Shown here: piece after piece, positions 1 through 13,990 of the stretch
Position numbering within the stretch: position 1 is the first letter of the stretch
Layout: each line of letters starts with the position of its first letter
Assembly: GCA_951406725.2 (NCBI GenBank)
Contig: OX597835.1
Location: forward strand, 19,840,001 to 19,904,000
Direction: 5' to 3'
DNA length: 64,000 nt
Source: Octopus vulgaris
Taxonomy: Eukaryota
The notes under the pieces: model-generated
Told to the model about the DNA's origin: nothing
Seen by the model: the letters and a program-made list of their open reading frames with translations, nothing else
The model's database searches: none
Position numbers and translations under genes: made by a program

Positions 1-1379
1 TTTTTCTTCAATTTCTGCAATTTCAACCAATCAATGACGTCCATTGAGGTAAACAACATTCTGTGCCGTATGAATATTTCTCTCGCTTAAGAAACAGATT
101 AGGTTTATTTACATTTGTGAAGAAAAAAGATACCCTTCCCACCCCTAACCCTAACCCTAAAACAGATTGAAATGCAATAGATAGATACAAGGGTTATGAT
201 TATGGGTGACAATTTCATATGACACCGCTAGAAAAAACTGCCGTTCAAACCGAAAAGATCCGTGCCTTCCGATAATTTCGTTCGGCATTCGATAAAATAA
301 GATTGAAAGTATAAGATAGTATCAGAATATACTTAGTTGGTTTTGCAGTGAGGAGTAAAAATACAAACATTTCTATGTAGCCCTCACCATAAGAACGAGA
401 CTAGAATTATTTCGAACATGGCTTCGTCATCGGTTGGCGGTAAAAACTGGTTTACATTTATTCTTTAAGACACTGATATTCGTTTCATTTTAAGGAATTG
501 ATATTTTAGTGTAATAACAGAATATTACAAACTACTCTGTGCTGTTTAGATACAACCGTTTACATTTGGAGTTCAGTCCCTATCGGGGTCAACAAAATTA
601 TTTTTCATCCTTTTCGTATCTTAACTGTAATGTATCACACAAGGTACCAGGTTCGGTTTAATCGATCATACCACTTTTCCGTCTAAGAAATCAATATAAT
701 CAACGCTTGTCTTCTTTTCGTTTTTATTTCGTTTATTTGTTTTGCTTACATTATATTTTGAAGCAATTTTTTTTTTATCTCTGAACTTACATTTATTTTT
801 TTTGTAATTCAGTGACATAAATATCTATATTTCTTTCTCAAACGTACAGGGTTTGTGCTGCTGTGTCTTACATTTGGTAATTTTGTGTTTATCTCATCAC
901 ATGTCTTTCATTTTTTTTTATTTTCTGTCTTACAATTCCCTCAAGGTGTATAACACTCCTTAATTCATGATATGGGTCAACTCTAAATGCGATTCCATTT
1001 ATTTGATTATAGCCAAGAGCCAATCACATTAACCTGATTGTCTGAAAAACAAAACCACTAGTAGCCACCATTTTCTTAGCCAAATATTTAGTGACAATTT
1101 ATTGACGTTGTTCTTTCAATACATATCAAACACAATTTCTGTCTATTTCACGTATTCTACAGCTAAAATAATTATACTATATGCTACGAATTCAGGAAAC
1201 ATGCGAGACATTTATGTAATCATTCGACCTGCGTGAAAGAGCAGTCAAACATTTGTCAAGTCACATCTTAACTTTATCAAAATTTGCGGAAAACTACACT
1301 ACATAATCAGAGATATCTGGTGTAACACAGGGTGAAAAGATGTTGGAAACTCTTTCGGCAAATGTGCAACCCACATGGC

Positions 1380-1487
<108 letters not shown>

Positions 1488-1489
1488 AT

Positions 1490-1682
1490 TGATGGAACGC
1501 TGAAATCCAGAAGATGTTTTAGTTCTCTCTCTTTTAATTTTTTTTCTTATCCCTTTCAATTGAAGAGTGTAGGCTCGAAACGTAAAAGCACCTTTCCATT
1601 TTCTTGAGCGTCAAAATAATACACTTGCTACTTGTTCATACACCTGTCTTTGTCTTTAGGTTTTCTATAACGTACAACTCTC

Positions 1683-1683
<1 letters not shown>
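1490..1683 (+). mobile_element. TA-embedded short element (Penelope-like pLTR fragment, subfamily H1) with a degenerate hammerhead motif at 1553-1588
   Basis: Flanked by microsatellites; CTTT-CAATTGAA-GAGT gtag GCTC-GAAA-CG-TA-AAAG; homologous to 24385-24599 and 54866-55043. Confidence 0.6.
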
Positions 1684-1742
<59 letters not shown>

Positions 1743-1785
1743 GTGTGTATATATACATGTATATATATATATATTTTTTTTCAAC

Positions 1786-1984
1786 ATGTGACCTCGTGAG
1801 CACCGCCAGCAATTTTGTTTCCTCTGTCTTCCCTTCTCGGTATCTTTCCTTCTCCTTTGTTTCCGACGAAGAGCTCTGCTCGAAACGTTAAACCTCCTTC
1901 CCTTCTTTCCTGAGCGTCCGATAATACTTTATTTGTTCCACGTCCTCGCGTTGCTGTGTTTTTTGTGTTTTCTTGTTTGTATTA

Positions 1985-1988
<4 letters not shown>
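1786..1988 (+). mobile_element. TA-embedded short element (Penelope-like pLTR fragment, subfamily H2) with a hammerhead-like motif at 1859-1893
   Basis: GTTT-CCGACGAA-GAGC tct GCTC-GAAA-CG-TT-AAAC; ends in (TA)n; aligns end to end with the reverse complement of 40972-41178. Confidence 0.65.
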
Positions 1989-2034
<46 letters not shown>

Positions 2035-2547
2035 AAGTAATTAAAAGAAGCGCTAGTGGTGTAAATATTACCGCTAGCATTAACTAAATACATGTATTTT
2101 TTATTCACTGGATTTGCTGCGTGCAAGTTCCTGGGGGGACCCGTGATACATCAATCATTTTTTACAGTATTTATATATAGTTATAGACTGCTTGTCGGTT
2201 CGGATACACGCACGTCATGTTAATAAGTCACAATGTCGAAATGTCGGTATCCCACACTTCTGAATACGCTCCGAGGCAAGGTGTTTCACCTGTCCAGGGA
2301 CTTACAGGTATTTCAACACCCAGATTTGAAAGGGCTCGTGTCCAAGCTCCAATATTGCAGCGAATCTTACAAACAGCAAAAGAAAAAATGCATTGAGAAT
2401 GTGATCTATATACCTATGTATACTGTTGCCAAATAAAAATGTAATTACGTTTCCGTTGAGTTAGGTACTTAAATTGAGTCACCTTGCTAATTAGGTATAA
2501 TACGCGCAGACATAAAACATTAAGTGAATATTGAAGACGAAGACTCC

Positions 2548-3015
2548 AAAGAAATAGGTATTTCGTCTGACGTTATGTTTTGAGTTCTTGAGCAAGGCAC
2601 TTTATTTCACGTTGCTCCAGTTCACTCAGCTGTAGAAATGAGTTGCGACGTCACTGGTGCCAAGCTGTATCGACCTTTGTCTTTCCCTTGGATAACACTG
2701 GTGGCGTGGAGAGGGGAGGCTGGTATGCATGGGTGACTGCTGGTCTTCCATAAACAACCTTGCCCGGACTTGTGTCTAGGAGGGTAACTTTCTAGGTGCA
2801 ATCCCATGGTCATTCTTGACCGAAGGGGGTCTTTCTTTACCCTTTATGTTCTGAGTTTAAATTCCGCCGAGGTCGACTTTGCCTTTCATCCTTTCGGGGT
2901 CGATAAATTACGTATCAGATACACACTGGGGGTCGATGTAATCGACTTATTCCGTTTGTTTGTATTTGTTTCTCCTCTCTATGTTTAGCCCCTTGTGGGC
3001 AATAAAGAAATAAGA
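2548..3015 (+). mobile_element. SINE family C copy interrupted by a nested SINE
   Basis: Starts with the junction form AAAGAAATAGGTATTTCGTCTG; resumes at 2844 with the B-box region, GCCTTTCATCCTTTCGGGGTCGATAAA and the family C tail. Confidence 0.85.
2587..2843 (+). mobile_element. 5'-truncated SINE with CORE-like body nested in the family C SINE
   Basis: Body TTGAGCAAGGCACTTTATTTCACGTTGCTCCAGTTCACTCAGCTG is shared with the 19568-19815 SINE; TSD TTATGTT(T/C)TGAGTT at 2573-2586 and 2844-2857. Confidence 0.8.
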
Positions 3016-3960
3016 AAGAATATATCTAGAAAGGAATTAAAAAATTATTTTCTATATTGCAAGTAATAATAAATTGAATTATTATTGCAGTCATGTACTA
3101 TAACTCTAAGCTAATATTCCTGAAACCTCTTTTGTAGAACACGGAGTTCTTATAAAGATGGTAAAATACATTTACTCTCTACTTTATTGTTACAAGTTGA
3201 AAACAGTTACGACAGGTTTTAAGGGAAAAACAACACAACAGAATATTTTTCATGAATGTAGTACATCTTATAATTTCATATAAAGCGAAACACTGCTTTG
3301 CTGAAATACAAATGAACATACAAAACAAAACGGGAAAAAATGAAATAAAACCATGCATTTGCGCAACTAATCAAAACCATACGTTGTTCACATATTTCAG
3401 TTGTTATAACAATGTTATCTTTGCTGAGTTCTCAGTGGAATATTAAACAGAGAATGATTCACCTCGTGTTTCGCATGTATTTCTTTGTCATCGACTGATA
3501 AATAAGTAAGTGTGGATGTAGCGGTGGCGAAATATAAATTATATAGAACATGCTCTGACGGATCCGTGTGTGTTGAATTCACAAGATAAGGCTTAGATAT
3601 ATTAGAAGTATTTCAGAAGAAATCTTCTGAGTTGGAAAAAAAAAGGACAGATGTAACGCATCTAAATCTGATTGGCTCTGTGCATACGGGATTTAAAAAC
3701 ATAGCTGTGTTGCACATTAGCTTCACTATAGATATTTAGCTGTCTGTTGAAAGAATGCAGGTGGTTATATCTGTTTTAAAATAGGTAAACAGAACAAGTT
3801 GCAATTAAGGATTTTTTTAATAATGCAGATCTACGTACACTAGTACGAAAAATATACATATGTATATACATATATATATATATACAGGGTGGCGAATATT
3901 TGTTATAAATAACACTACCAGTGTCTCAGTATATTCATATTTCAAAATAGACAGCATATT

Positions 3961-4172
3961 CATATTTCAAAATAGAAAATTACCCTTTAACATGTAATTT
4001 TTACATGCTAGAAATAGCAGCCAACACGGCCAAAAAAACACAATTTAATAGCAAATTCCGAAGTAGATGAAAAATGAATGTGATATTAAATTGTGGTTTT
4101 TGGCTGTGTTGGCTGCTATTTCTAGCATGTAAAAATTACCTGTTAAAGGGTAATTTTCTATTTTGAAATATG
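3961..4172. mobile_element. Fold-back (palindromic) MITE-like element with ~92 bp arms
   Basis: 3961-4053 is the near-perfect reverse complement of 4081-4172, with a ~27 bp spacer. Confidence 0.8.
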
Positions 4173-4178
4173 CATTTG

Positions 4179-4321
<143 letters not shown>

Positions 4322-4404
4322 AATTGAAAATTTTGAACCGCCACACACTTGGTATCTATGTTGTGAAGGAAAATATGTTGTTCTAACCTTCAACCTTCAA
4401 ATCA

Positions 4405-4687
4405 TCAGCAGGCCTTACAGGTATTAATATTCCCAGGTATCGTGATCATTTGTAGCAATGAATTAAAGATATGCATTCTCTCGCCAATATCCCAACCTCA
4501 GTTATACTTTTCTCCAGGTGGGTCGGTATGTATCCTGTTGCTCCAATAATAAAGGTATGAAGCTGAAAGTGTATTTGTAAATTCCTTATCAAGAGTTCAC
4601 AGACATCGTCGTTCTCTTGTAATTTTATGTTCAGTGAACAGATCATTTCCACAGTAGCTGCTTTACACACCGTTGTAGTCCGACACA
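4405..4687 (-). pseudogene. Decayed 3' end of a restriction-like-endonuclease (REL) non-LTR retrotransposon; second copy at ~6325-6597
   Basis: Translation VEMICSLNIKLQE...FIIGATGYIPTHLEKSITEVG resembles the REL C-terminal PIIIGALG motif; frameshifted and interrupted by a SINE. Confidence 0.65.
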
Positions 4688-5073
4688 GTGGAGGCGTCAT
4701 GGCCCAGTGGTTAGGGCAGCGGACTCGCGGTCGTAGGTTTTGCGGTTTCGATTCCCAGACCGGGTGTTGTGAGTGTTTATTGAGCGAAAACACCTAAAGC
4801 TCCACGAGGCGCCGGCAGGGATGGTGGTGATCCCTGCTGTACTCTTTCACCACAACTTTCTCTCACTCTTACTTCCTGTTTCTGTTGTACCTCTATTTCA
4901 AAGGACCGGCCTTGTCACTCTCTGTGTCACGCTGAATATCCCCGAGAACTACGTTAAGGGTACACGTGTCTGTGGAGTGCTCAGCCACTTACACGTTAAT
5001 TTCACGAGCAGGCTGTTCCGTTGATCGGATCAACCGGAACCCTCGTCGTCGTAACCGACGGAGTGCTTCCATC
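4688..5073 (+). mobile_element. tRNA-derived SINE family A, full length (~385 bp)
   Basis: A box TGGCCCAGTGG, B box GGTTTCGATTCCC, (CCAT) tail; five near-identical full-length or near-full-length copies in the window. Confidence 0.93.
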
Positions 5074-5232
5074 ATATATATATATATTTATATATATATA
5101 AACACATAAGGAAACCACTTATAGGATTTCAACACGCTAGAAAGAACAACTAGGTTCTATAACCACATAAAGTAAGGATAAAATTCGACAGGAACGAATT
5201 TAAAAATGAAAAACATCTTCCTGGACGAATTG

Positions 5233-5341
5233 GTGTCTGTGGAGTGCTCAGCCACTTACACGTTAATTTCACGAGCAGGCTGTTCTGTTGATTCGGATCA
5301 AGCGGAACCCTCGTCGTCGTAACCGACGGAGTGCTTCCATC
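5233..5341 (+). mobile_element. 3' fragment of SINE family A (different sub-variant)
   Basis: Matches the last ~110 bp of family A; followed by TSD AGTCCGACACA. Confidence 0.9.
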
Positions 5342-5895
5342 AGTCCGACACAATGATATGTGAATGGCAGGTAGTATTTTAACTCGATGTCTGTTTAAAT
5401 TTTTATCTTTCTTCCATGGATGTGTTTTTGTATGGTGACGACGACAGTGGCGAAGACGATGTTTTGACAATCAGAACGAAGACGATGTGGATGGTGAAGA
5501 AAATGTTCGTGATGAGGATTATAATGAAGATCAATGTAATTCTGTTTAGGAAGTACTTCACGATGAAGATTACGAAGAACGCGATGAAGAATGAAGATGA
5601 TGACGACGACCGCAATCAGAATCACCATTATGGTTCTACAATACCTCGATGCAACAATACATTCAGTGTAAACTATCCTAAATCGACACTTCTCGGAAAC
5701 CCACCACAATGTGTTTACATTTCCTTTTTTTCTTCAAAATCTGAGTTAATTTTACCCTGCCACCATCTTTGTTGTAAGGTAGTGAAGGAAATCGCCTTCT
5801 GTCTTATTCATTATATTTTAAAATCTTACGAAGGTCTTGCAGATTTTTATCGTCTCCGATGCTGACGATGATCCGGAGGCTGATGAAAATGATGG

Positions 5896-5934
<39 letters not shown>

Positions 5935-6116
5935 CGATTAGGTTTTGGTTGCGTAGACATTCAACAACCTTAATTCAGCAACGGAAAAAACCCTCTCGAT
6001 CCCAGGAATGACACGTATCGAACACTAATTTCCAAAAACTAAATAATAGTAGTGGATATACTACTAGTGTAGAAGCATGGACATCATCACCAACAGCAGC
6101 AGTAGCAGTAGTAACA

Positions 6117-7797
6117 TATTTCTAGCATGTAAAAATTACCTGTTAAAGGGTACTTTTCTATTTTGAAATATGCATTTGTATATGTATATATATATATATA
6201 CGTTTATTCTTCTTTTTTGCTTTTTAAACCTTAGAGTAAATTTTGAACCGCCACACACTTGGTATCTATGTTGTGAAGGAAAATATGTTGTTCTAACCTT
6301 CAACCTTCAAATCATCAGCAGGCCTTACAGGTATTAATATTCCCAGGTATCGTGATCATTTGTAGCAATGAATTAAAGATATGCATTCTCTCGCCAATAT
6401 CCCAACCTCAGTTATACTTTTCTCCAGGTGGGTCGGTATGTATCCTGTTGCTCCAATAATAAAGGTATGAAGCTGAAAGTGTATTTGTAAATTCCTTATC
6501 AAGAGTTCACAGACATCGTCGTTCTCTTGTAATTTTATGTTCAGTGAACAGATCATTTCCACAGTAGCTGCTTTACACACCGTTGTAGTCCCACACAGTG
6601 GAGGCGCCATGGCCCAGTGGTTAGGGCAGCGGACACGCGGTCGTAGAATCGTGGTTTCGATTCCCAGACCGGGTGTTGTGAGTGTTTATTGAGCGAAAAC
6701 ACCTAAAGCTCCCCGAGGCGCCGGCAGGGATGGTGGTGATCCCTGCTGTACTCTTTCACCACAACTTTCTCTCACTCTTACTTCCTGTTTCTGTTGTACC
6801 TCTATTTCAAAGGACCGGCCTTGTCACTCTCTGTGTCACGCTGAATATCCCCGAGAACTACGTTAAGGGTACACGTGTCTGTGGAGTGCTCAGCCACTTA
6901 CACGTTAATTTCACGAGCAGGCTGTTCCGTTGATCGGATCAACCGGAACCCTCATCGTCGTAACCGACGGAGTGCTTCCATCATATATATATATATTTAT
7001 ATATATATAAACACATAGGGAAACCACTTATAGGATTTCAACACGCTAGAAAGAACAACTAGGTTCTATAACCACATAAAGTAAGGATAAAATTCGACAG
7101 GAACGAATTTAAAAATGAAAAACATCTTCCTGGACGAATTGGTGTCTGTGGAGTGCTCAGCCACTTACACGTTAATTTCACGAGCAGGCTGTTCTGTTGA
7201 TTCGGATCAAGCGGAACCCTCGTCGTCGTAACCGACGGAGTGCTTCCATCAGTCCGACACAATGATATGTGAATGGCAGGTAGTATTTTAACTCGATGGC
7301 TGTTTAAATTTTTAACCTTCTTCCATGGATGTGTTTTGTATGGCGACGATGACAGTGGCGAAGACGATGTTTTGATAATCAGAACGAAGACGATGTGGAT
7401 GGTGAAGAGAATGTTCGTGATGAGGATTATAATGATGATCAATATAATTCTGTTTAGAAAGAACTTCACGATGAAGATTACGAAGAACGCGATGAAGAAT
7501 GAAGATGATGACGACGACCGCAATCAGAATCACCATTATGGTTCTACAATACCTCGATGCAACAAATACATTCAGTGTAAACTATGCTAAATCGATACTT
7601 CTCGGAGACGCCCCACAATGTGTTTACGTTTCCTTTTTTTCTTCAAAATCTGAGTTAATTTTACCCTGCCACCATCTTTGTTGTAAGGTAGTGAAGGAAA
7701 TCGCCTTCTGTCTTATTCATTATATTTTAAAATCTTACGAAGGTCTTGAAGATTTTTATCGTCTCCGATGCTGACGATGATCCGGAGGCTGATGAAA

Positions 7798-7849
<52 letters not shown>

Positions 7850-8030
7850 CGATTAGGTTTTGGTCGCGTAGACATTCAACAACCTTGATTCAGCAACGGA
7901 AAAAACCTCTCGATCCCAGGAATGAGACGTATCGAACACTAATTTCCAAAAACTAAATAATAGTAGTGGATATACTACTAGTGTAGAAGCATGGACATCA
8001 TCACCAACAGCAGCAGTAGCAGTAGTAACA
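6117..8030 (+). repeat. Tandem segmental duplication, unit 2 (~1.9 kb)
   Basis: Copy of 4117-6116 with scattered substitutions and different (TA)n and (GAT)n lengths. Confidence 0.95.
6598..6982 (+). mobile_element. SINE family A (duplicated copy); its 3' fragment lies at 7142-7250
   Basis: Same structure as 4688-5341. Confidence 0.93.
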
Positions 8031-8121
8031 GTAGCGTTTGTGACAGTAGAGGCAGTAGAAGAAATTGCATTACTAAAGGAATTATAAGGATCATGATTGT
8101 TATCCTTCTTTATCTTCTTCA

Positions 8122-8204
8122 CATTATTATTATTATTATTATTATTATTCTATGTTTGACTTTTGCTTTATATTTGTACATTATTATTATTATTATTATC
8201 ATCA

Positions 8205-8302
<98 letters not shown>

Positions 8303-8304
8303 CA

Positions 8305-8386
<82 letters not shown>

Positions 8387-8473
8387 CATCATTATTTATT
8401 ATTATTATTATTACTATTATTATTGTTATTATTGTTATTATTATTACTATTATTATTAAAATTATTATTATTA

Positions 8474-8509
<36 letters not shown>

Positions 8510-8576
8510 GTTGTTGTTGTTGTTGTCATCGTCATCACCATTATTATTATTATTATTATTGTTGTTGTTGTCATCA

Positions 8577-8632
<56 letters not shown>

Positions 8633-8790
8633 GCTGTTATTATTATTATTATTATTAATATTATTTTTATTATCATTATTATTTATTATTATTATTATTG
8701 TTGTTGTCATCGTCATTATTATTATTATTATTATTAATACTAACATTATTATTATCATTACCATTATTATTATTATTACTATTATTGATG
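8122..8790. repeat. Compound (ATT)n/(ATC)n/(GTT)n microsatellite
   Basis: Directly visible. Confidence 0.98.
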
Positions 8791-9205
8791 AAAGCTTTTT
8801 ATTATTTGTATTGATAGTTGTTTTTTTTTTAATGTTGCTGGTATATTTGTTGTAACTATTGTAACTATTAATATTAACATTAATCTCTGAATTGAATGTA
8901 TTTTTTGTGGGGTGGGGGCGTGGTTGGATGATGTTCGAGAATTTTATTTTTTATTGTTGCGTAATCTTATTTATGGGATTCAATTTTAATTAAAAATTGG
9001 CTGAAATATTTGCCCATCATGGGAATAAATCTCTTTTAAAACACAAAAATCCAGCTCGAGAATTAAGGGGAGAAATAAAAACATTGAACAAGAGCTAGGA
9101 GTTATTTCTAGCCGAATGACACAATAGATTCCCTTTCAGAAATATAAAAAAAAACATATAAAGTAAAGAGACAGAATGTTTTACGGTTTTATGTTTACTT
9201 GTTCA

Positions 9206-9620
9206 TACTCTTTTACTCTTTTACTTGTTTCAGTCATTTGACTTCGGCCATGCTGGAGCACCGCCTTTTGTCGAGCAAATCGACCCCGCGGGACTTATTC
9301 TTTTGTAAGCCCAGTACTTATTCTATCGGTCACTTTTTGCCGAACCGCTAAGTGACGGGGACGTAAACACACCAGCATCGGTTGTCAAGCAATGCTAGGG
9401 GGACAAACACAGACACACAAACATATACACACACGCTTATATATATATACATATATACGACAGGCTTCTTTCAGTTTCTGTCTACCAAATCCACTCACAA
9501 GGTATTGGTCGGCCCGGGGCTATAGCAGAAGACAATCGCCCAAGATGCCACGCAGATGAACTGAACCCGGAACCAAGTGGTTGGTTAGCAAGCTACTTAC
9601 CACACAGCTACTCCTGCGCC
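9206..9620 (-). mobile_element. SINE family B (tRNA-like head, CORE-like body, internal TA/CA microsatellite)
   Basis: Reverse complement of 46989-47407; tail GAAACAAGTAAAAGAGTA. Confidence 0.9.
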
Positions 9621-9781
9621 TATATTTCTTTATTTATTTATTCATTTATATTGTAACAGAGAGAATGTCGATCTCATATAAATTCAAACCAACGAAAGAT
9701 GTAACAAGAAGGTTGTTTGAGGAACGACACAGAAGAAATCACGGAATAGAGAATAAAATATAAGACACAATCGTAATTTTT

Positions 9782-9840
<59 letters not shown>

Positions 9841-9845
9841 TAAAT

Positions 9846-10232
<387 letters not shown>

Positions 10233-11636
10233 GACAATCCTATGCAATAAGCTCCACATTCTTAACAGCATAAATACATATACGTGATAACATTCTTATG
10301 TGCAGTCCTTTTGTAAAATTATGATTCGCAAAGGTAAGTTTTCGTTCGCTGGGATATGAATGAAATGAGTAAGGTTCAGTGTTATCATACAGCTATGAAA
10401 TCAGCATGTACTTTTCTTTTGCAAGACAAACCGTATCAGTCGTGTAAAGTTTGTAAAGGTAAGGATGGATATAGGATTATGATTATTTAAGGAGATCTCT
10501 TATTTTCATTCTTGAAGACTGAATGATTTTGAGAATTGAGAATAATTTGTAGTTCATGTCAAGTGTTTTTAGTTGTCTATATATGCAATCGCCAACATAA
10601 AATGTTTGACTTGATCTATTGTATATCAATACTGAGTATGAAATTCTCGCTAAAACCTATCGATATACGCTGGGACACATTTGATGTCACGTACAATCGA
10701 CTTAATATATTCTACTACATGAGTGATAGTTATCTCATTCGCTCTCGAAAGGATTGAAAGAGAAGGCCCCGTTGTCTTGGCTTTTGAAACCAAAATTTAA
10801 GAAGCAGTACCTCAATACGACATATTTTACTCATCAACGTGTCCATTTATACAATGTCTACAAATGAATCCACCAGCAATTTCTTTATTACATTTATTTC
10901 TACCATTTAAGTTCTAGACAGTCTTTCATGTCAAATATTTCAAATAGGAATCATTGTTATCAACAGTTTGGCCTGAGGTTTCGTTCCAACACACAGAAGT
11001 CAGTGTATGCGGTTGATCTACGAAGAGAAAATATCAGCCATACCTCCCTCAAATTATTAACTCTTTTCTGTAAAAATGGATTAGTCTGGTAATATTGTTC
11101 TGCGTTTTCTACACAGGATAATTGCTGTGATGGTCGAGGCCGGAATACCGTCGATCATGATTTCAATCAAAGCGGACATAGGACTGAACTATGGCAAACA
11201 TAATACAAATGAGTGTTTTAAGTCACTATAATCGATCTTAGTACTTGAAAGGCAATGTCATACCCTTCGGCATTTGATAAAATGATGTAACAAATTCAAT
11301 AATATATAATTGTATTGTTCATGATTGCTGCCAATGCTAAAGAGACACGGGTTTCTGAACGGAAAATGTCCGAATCAAGTGATGGACTCTGGAATATATG
11401 TCTGATATATTATTTCATTTAAAGACGAAATTCAAAGTCGAATCTCGCGAAGTCTTAGCCAAAACAGTTCTTTGGTTCTGTGAATTATCTCACGAATAAA
11501 GAGTGAATACCGTTGTTTAAACAACGTAGGACGATCGGACTGAGTACCAATTATATATGTAATTAAATAACGCTTATCACTATGAGGGACTCAGCAATAA
11601 TAACAATGGAACCCCCAAGAACAGCTAGTTTTCGGT

Positions 11637-11726
11637 GAATTGCCTAAAAAGGAAAGTGGCACAGGTAACGTGCCGAGAAAGAAAAGTGGAAGAGATGAAT
11701 TGCCTAGCAAGGAAAATGGAAGAAGA
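11637..11726 (+). repeat. Diverged 30-bp minisatellite, 3 units
   Basis: GAATTGCCTAAAAAGGAAAGTGG / AACGTGCCGAGAAAGAAAAGTGG / GAATTGCCTAGCAAGGAAAATGG at a 30-bp period. Confidence 0.65.
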
Positions 11727-11835
11727 CTTATATCTGTACAAGACCGCTTCGAGTTAGAGTAGATATAGACTCCTATGTAGGTAATAATTAAATTTATTAA
11801 GAGCTGTTAGTTACAGCAAGACATAGGGAAGCCAA

Positions 11836-11960
11836 AACCACTCACATGCCTTTGGTCGGCCCGAGGCTATAGTAAAAGTCACTTGCCCAAGGTGCCACAC
11901 AGTGGAAATGAACCCGGAGCCATGTGGTTGTTAAGCAAGCTACTTACCACATAGCCGCTG
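11836..11960 (-). mobile_element. SINE family B 5' fragment; a decayed family B tail follows at ~11990-12200
   Basis: CACTTGCCCAAGGTGCCAC...GAACCCGG...CTACTTACCAC matches the family B head. Confidence 0.8.
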
Positions 11961-13114
11961 TGTAAATATTTTATCTTTTCTCGTATACTTCACACATTAG
12001 GCTGCAGTCATGCTGGAGACCCGCGCTAAGGCCTTAGTCGTAAAACCAGTCATTATACTTATTTTTTATAGGTCTATTATGCTATCCTTAAATATTTACA
12101 AACCGCTAAGTTACGTGACGTAAACAAACCACCACTGGTTGACAAGCAGTGGTGATGGTCAAAGAAAATCACACACACACATGTATATGTACATAAATAC
12201 ATATAAACTTTTATCGTGCAGACACAACACCATCCCCACGCCTAAAGAAAATTGATAAGGTAAGTTCTAGTTGAACACCGGGGTCGATTTAATCGACCTT
12301 GCCGGTCACCCGAAGCAGCAAGCCATGTGCTGAAATTTGAATACAATATGCGTGGGATGTTCTTTACTGCTACGTATTTCTTAATTAAGATTTTTTAAAA
12401 ATCTCCTTGTATTTTATTTGTTACTGATTCTCTCTATTCCATAATAGTCGAAGGGTTTATTCCCAATTTTGCAATTTCATTATCTGGATGGTAATTTGAC
12501 CAACGAAGAACGAAATTGGATCCTCAGGCAGTATTGTAAAACAGAGAATGCAGAAATGATTAGACAGAAATGGACTGTAAAAATTTAAACATCAGTCCTC
12601 TCATAAACAGTGGGTCGATCAACAATGCACAGAAATGTGGTCGAGTAATGAGTCTAACCCCTGAAGCAAACGAAATGCTTGTGTTTGAAACATTCACTGT
12701 AAGTCTCCAGATCTGCAGATCCCTTATTCAACTTAGGAACAACTTGACATTTAGACATTCCGCTAATATTAAGCAAATACATACCCACTTTTTCCCTCCC
12801 CTGTATATACATATAACAATTAAGGTCATTATCATTATGTGGGCATTTACTCTAAGCTTATCTTTTATCTGTTCATGAGGGAATACTGAGTTCACCGCCT
12901 GCCAGTTACCTAAGGAATTATGATAGAAGCACTGGCGTTAATGTCATTTAAGAAATTCAGTCAGCTGCATCGCGAAATCTATTTAGATGTTCGGTGATTA
13001 TTTTTCGAGTTCTTTCAGAATTTCCAATTACACATGTTGAAATGAATTTAGATTCGTATAGAAAATCTTGGTTTTAATAGAATGGTGTTAATTACAGACA
13101 TTATACTTGTTGTA

Positions 13115-13666
13115 TTGGGTTGTCCGTAAAGTTCGTGCCGATTTTAAAGGAAAGAAAAAGGTCAATAAATACTTGCCATTTCATTTTTAATCAATCAAAT
13201 ATAAACCACATTGTTGCACAATGCGTCTCCATCTTTCCTTTCACTTGAAAATACCCTCTTCCCAGAATTGAGGTGATTTCATGGCAAAGATTTCATCAAG
13301 GTACTATTTTACGTCATCCAAGGAATTGAAAGTTTTACCATTAAGACTATTCTGTAGTGACCTGAATAAGTGGAAATCCCAAGGTGAATATATAGGGCGG
13401 GATAACACATCCCAGCCGAGCTGCAGCAATTTTGTCTGGTTCACAAAGCATCAAGTGCCGAAAATAAACTTTCTTGTCTTCCATTTTAAAGGGTTACAGA
13501 ATTAATATAGGTTATAGGAACATAAATCTTCTCTCCCGAAAAGATAGCTTAAACAGTGCTCTAAATGGAGGTGTAGCCAAATTCTATTTTATGGACTCAA
13601 CCATGTTCTAAAATACTTCGAGATGTAAGTTACTATAAATCGGTACGAACTTACCGGACAACCCAG
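13115..13666 (-). mobile_element. Internally deleted mariner (Tc1/mariner) transposon with TIRs and TA target sites
   Basis: TIRs TTGGGTTGTCCGTAAAGTTCGTGCCGATTT and AAATCGGTACGAACTTACCGGACAACCCAG, TA on both sides; minus strand ~13190-13430 encodes LGWDVLSRPIYSP..DFHLFRSLQNSLNGKTF...FWEEGIFK*KERWRRIVQQCGLYLID*, a mariner C-terminus with stops. Confidence 0.92.
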
Positions 13667-13990
13667 TAGTTACATCTGTGACTGTGTAGATAGATTTTGT
13701 ACATGTCGGACTATCATATAATTTTTAAATCCAGCGATACGATTATTTAGTACAAAATCAAGTATTGTCCAAACGACGTATTACAAAATATGACTCATAT
13801 CTGATGGAACAAACGCACCGATCATTAGAAACATAAAACGATGCATACATTTCAATATTCTTGTTTTACTATTTCACTTGGAGCCATAGATGGGTATAGT
13901 CTTGCAGCGCTAATCGAACAAACAGTCTCCGGATCTTTAACTCTTGTACTTAGTCCTATTCTCACAGGCACTTTTAACGAGCCACTATAC

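Noticed and set aside
143-160. (CCCTAA)3 telomere-like repeat
   Set aside because: Only three units and internal; probably part of a repeat truncated by the window edge
3883-3900. TA-CAGGGTGG Tc1-like TIR start, and GGACACCTTATA at ~14575
   Set aside because: No matching partner TIR was found nearby
4688-4765. tRNA genes at SINE heads, and a B-box-like GGTTCGATTC at ~62522
   Set aside because: No complete cloverleaf; the heads continue into SINE bodies
5430-5612. Acidic D/E-rich reading frame, duplicated at ~7340-7520
   Set aside because: In-frame stops occur in both copies; consistent with a decayed (GAT/GAC)n tract
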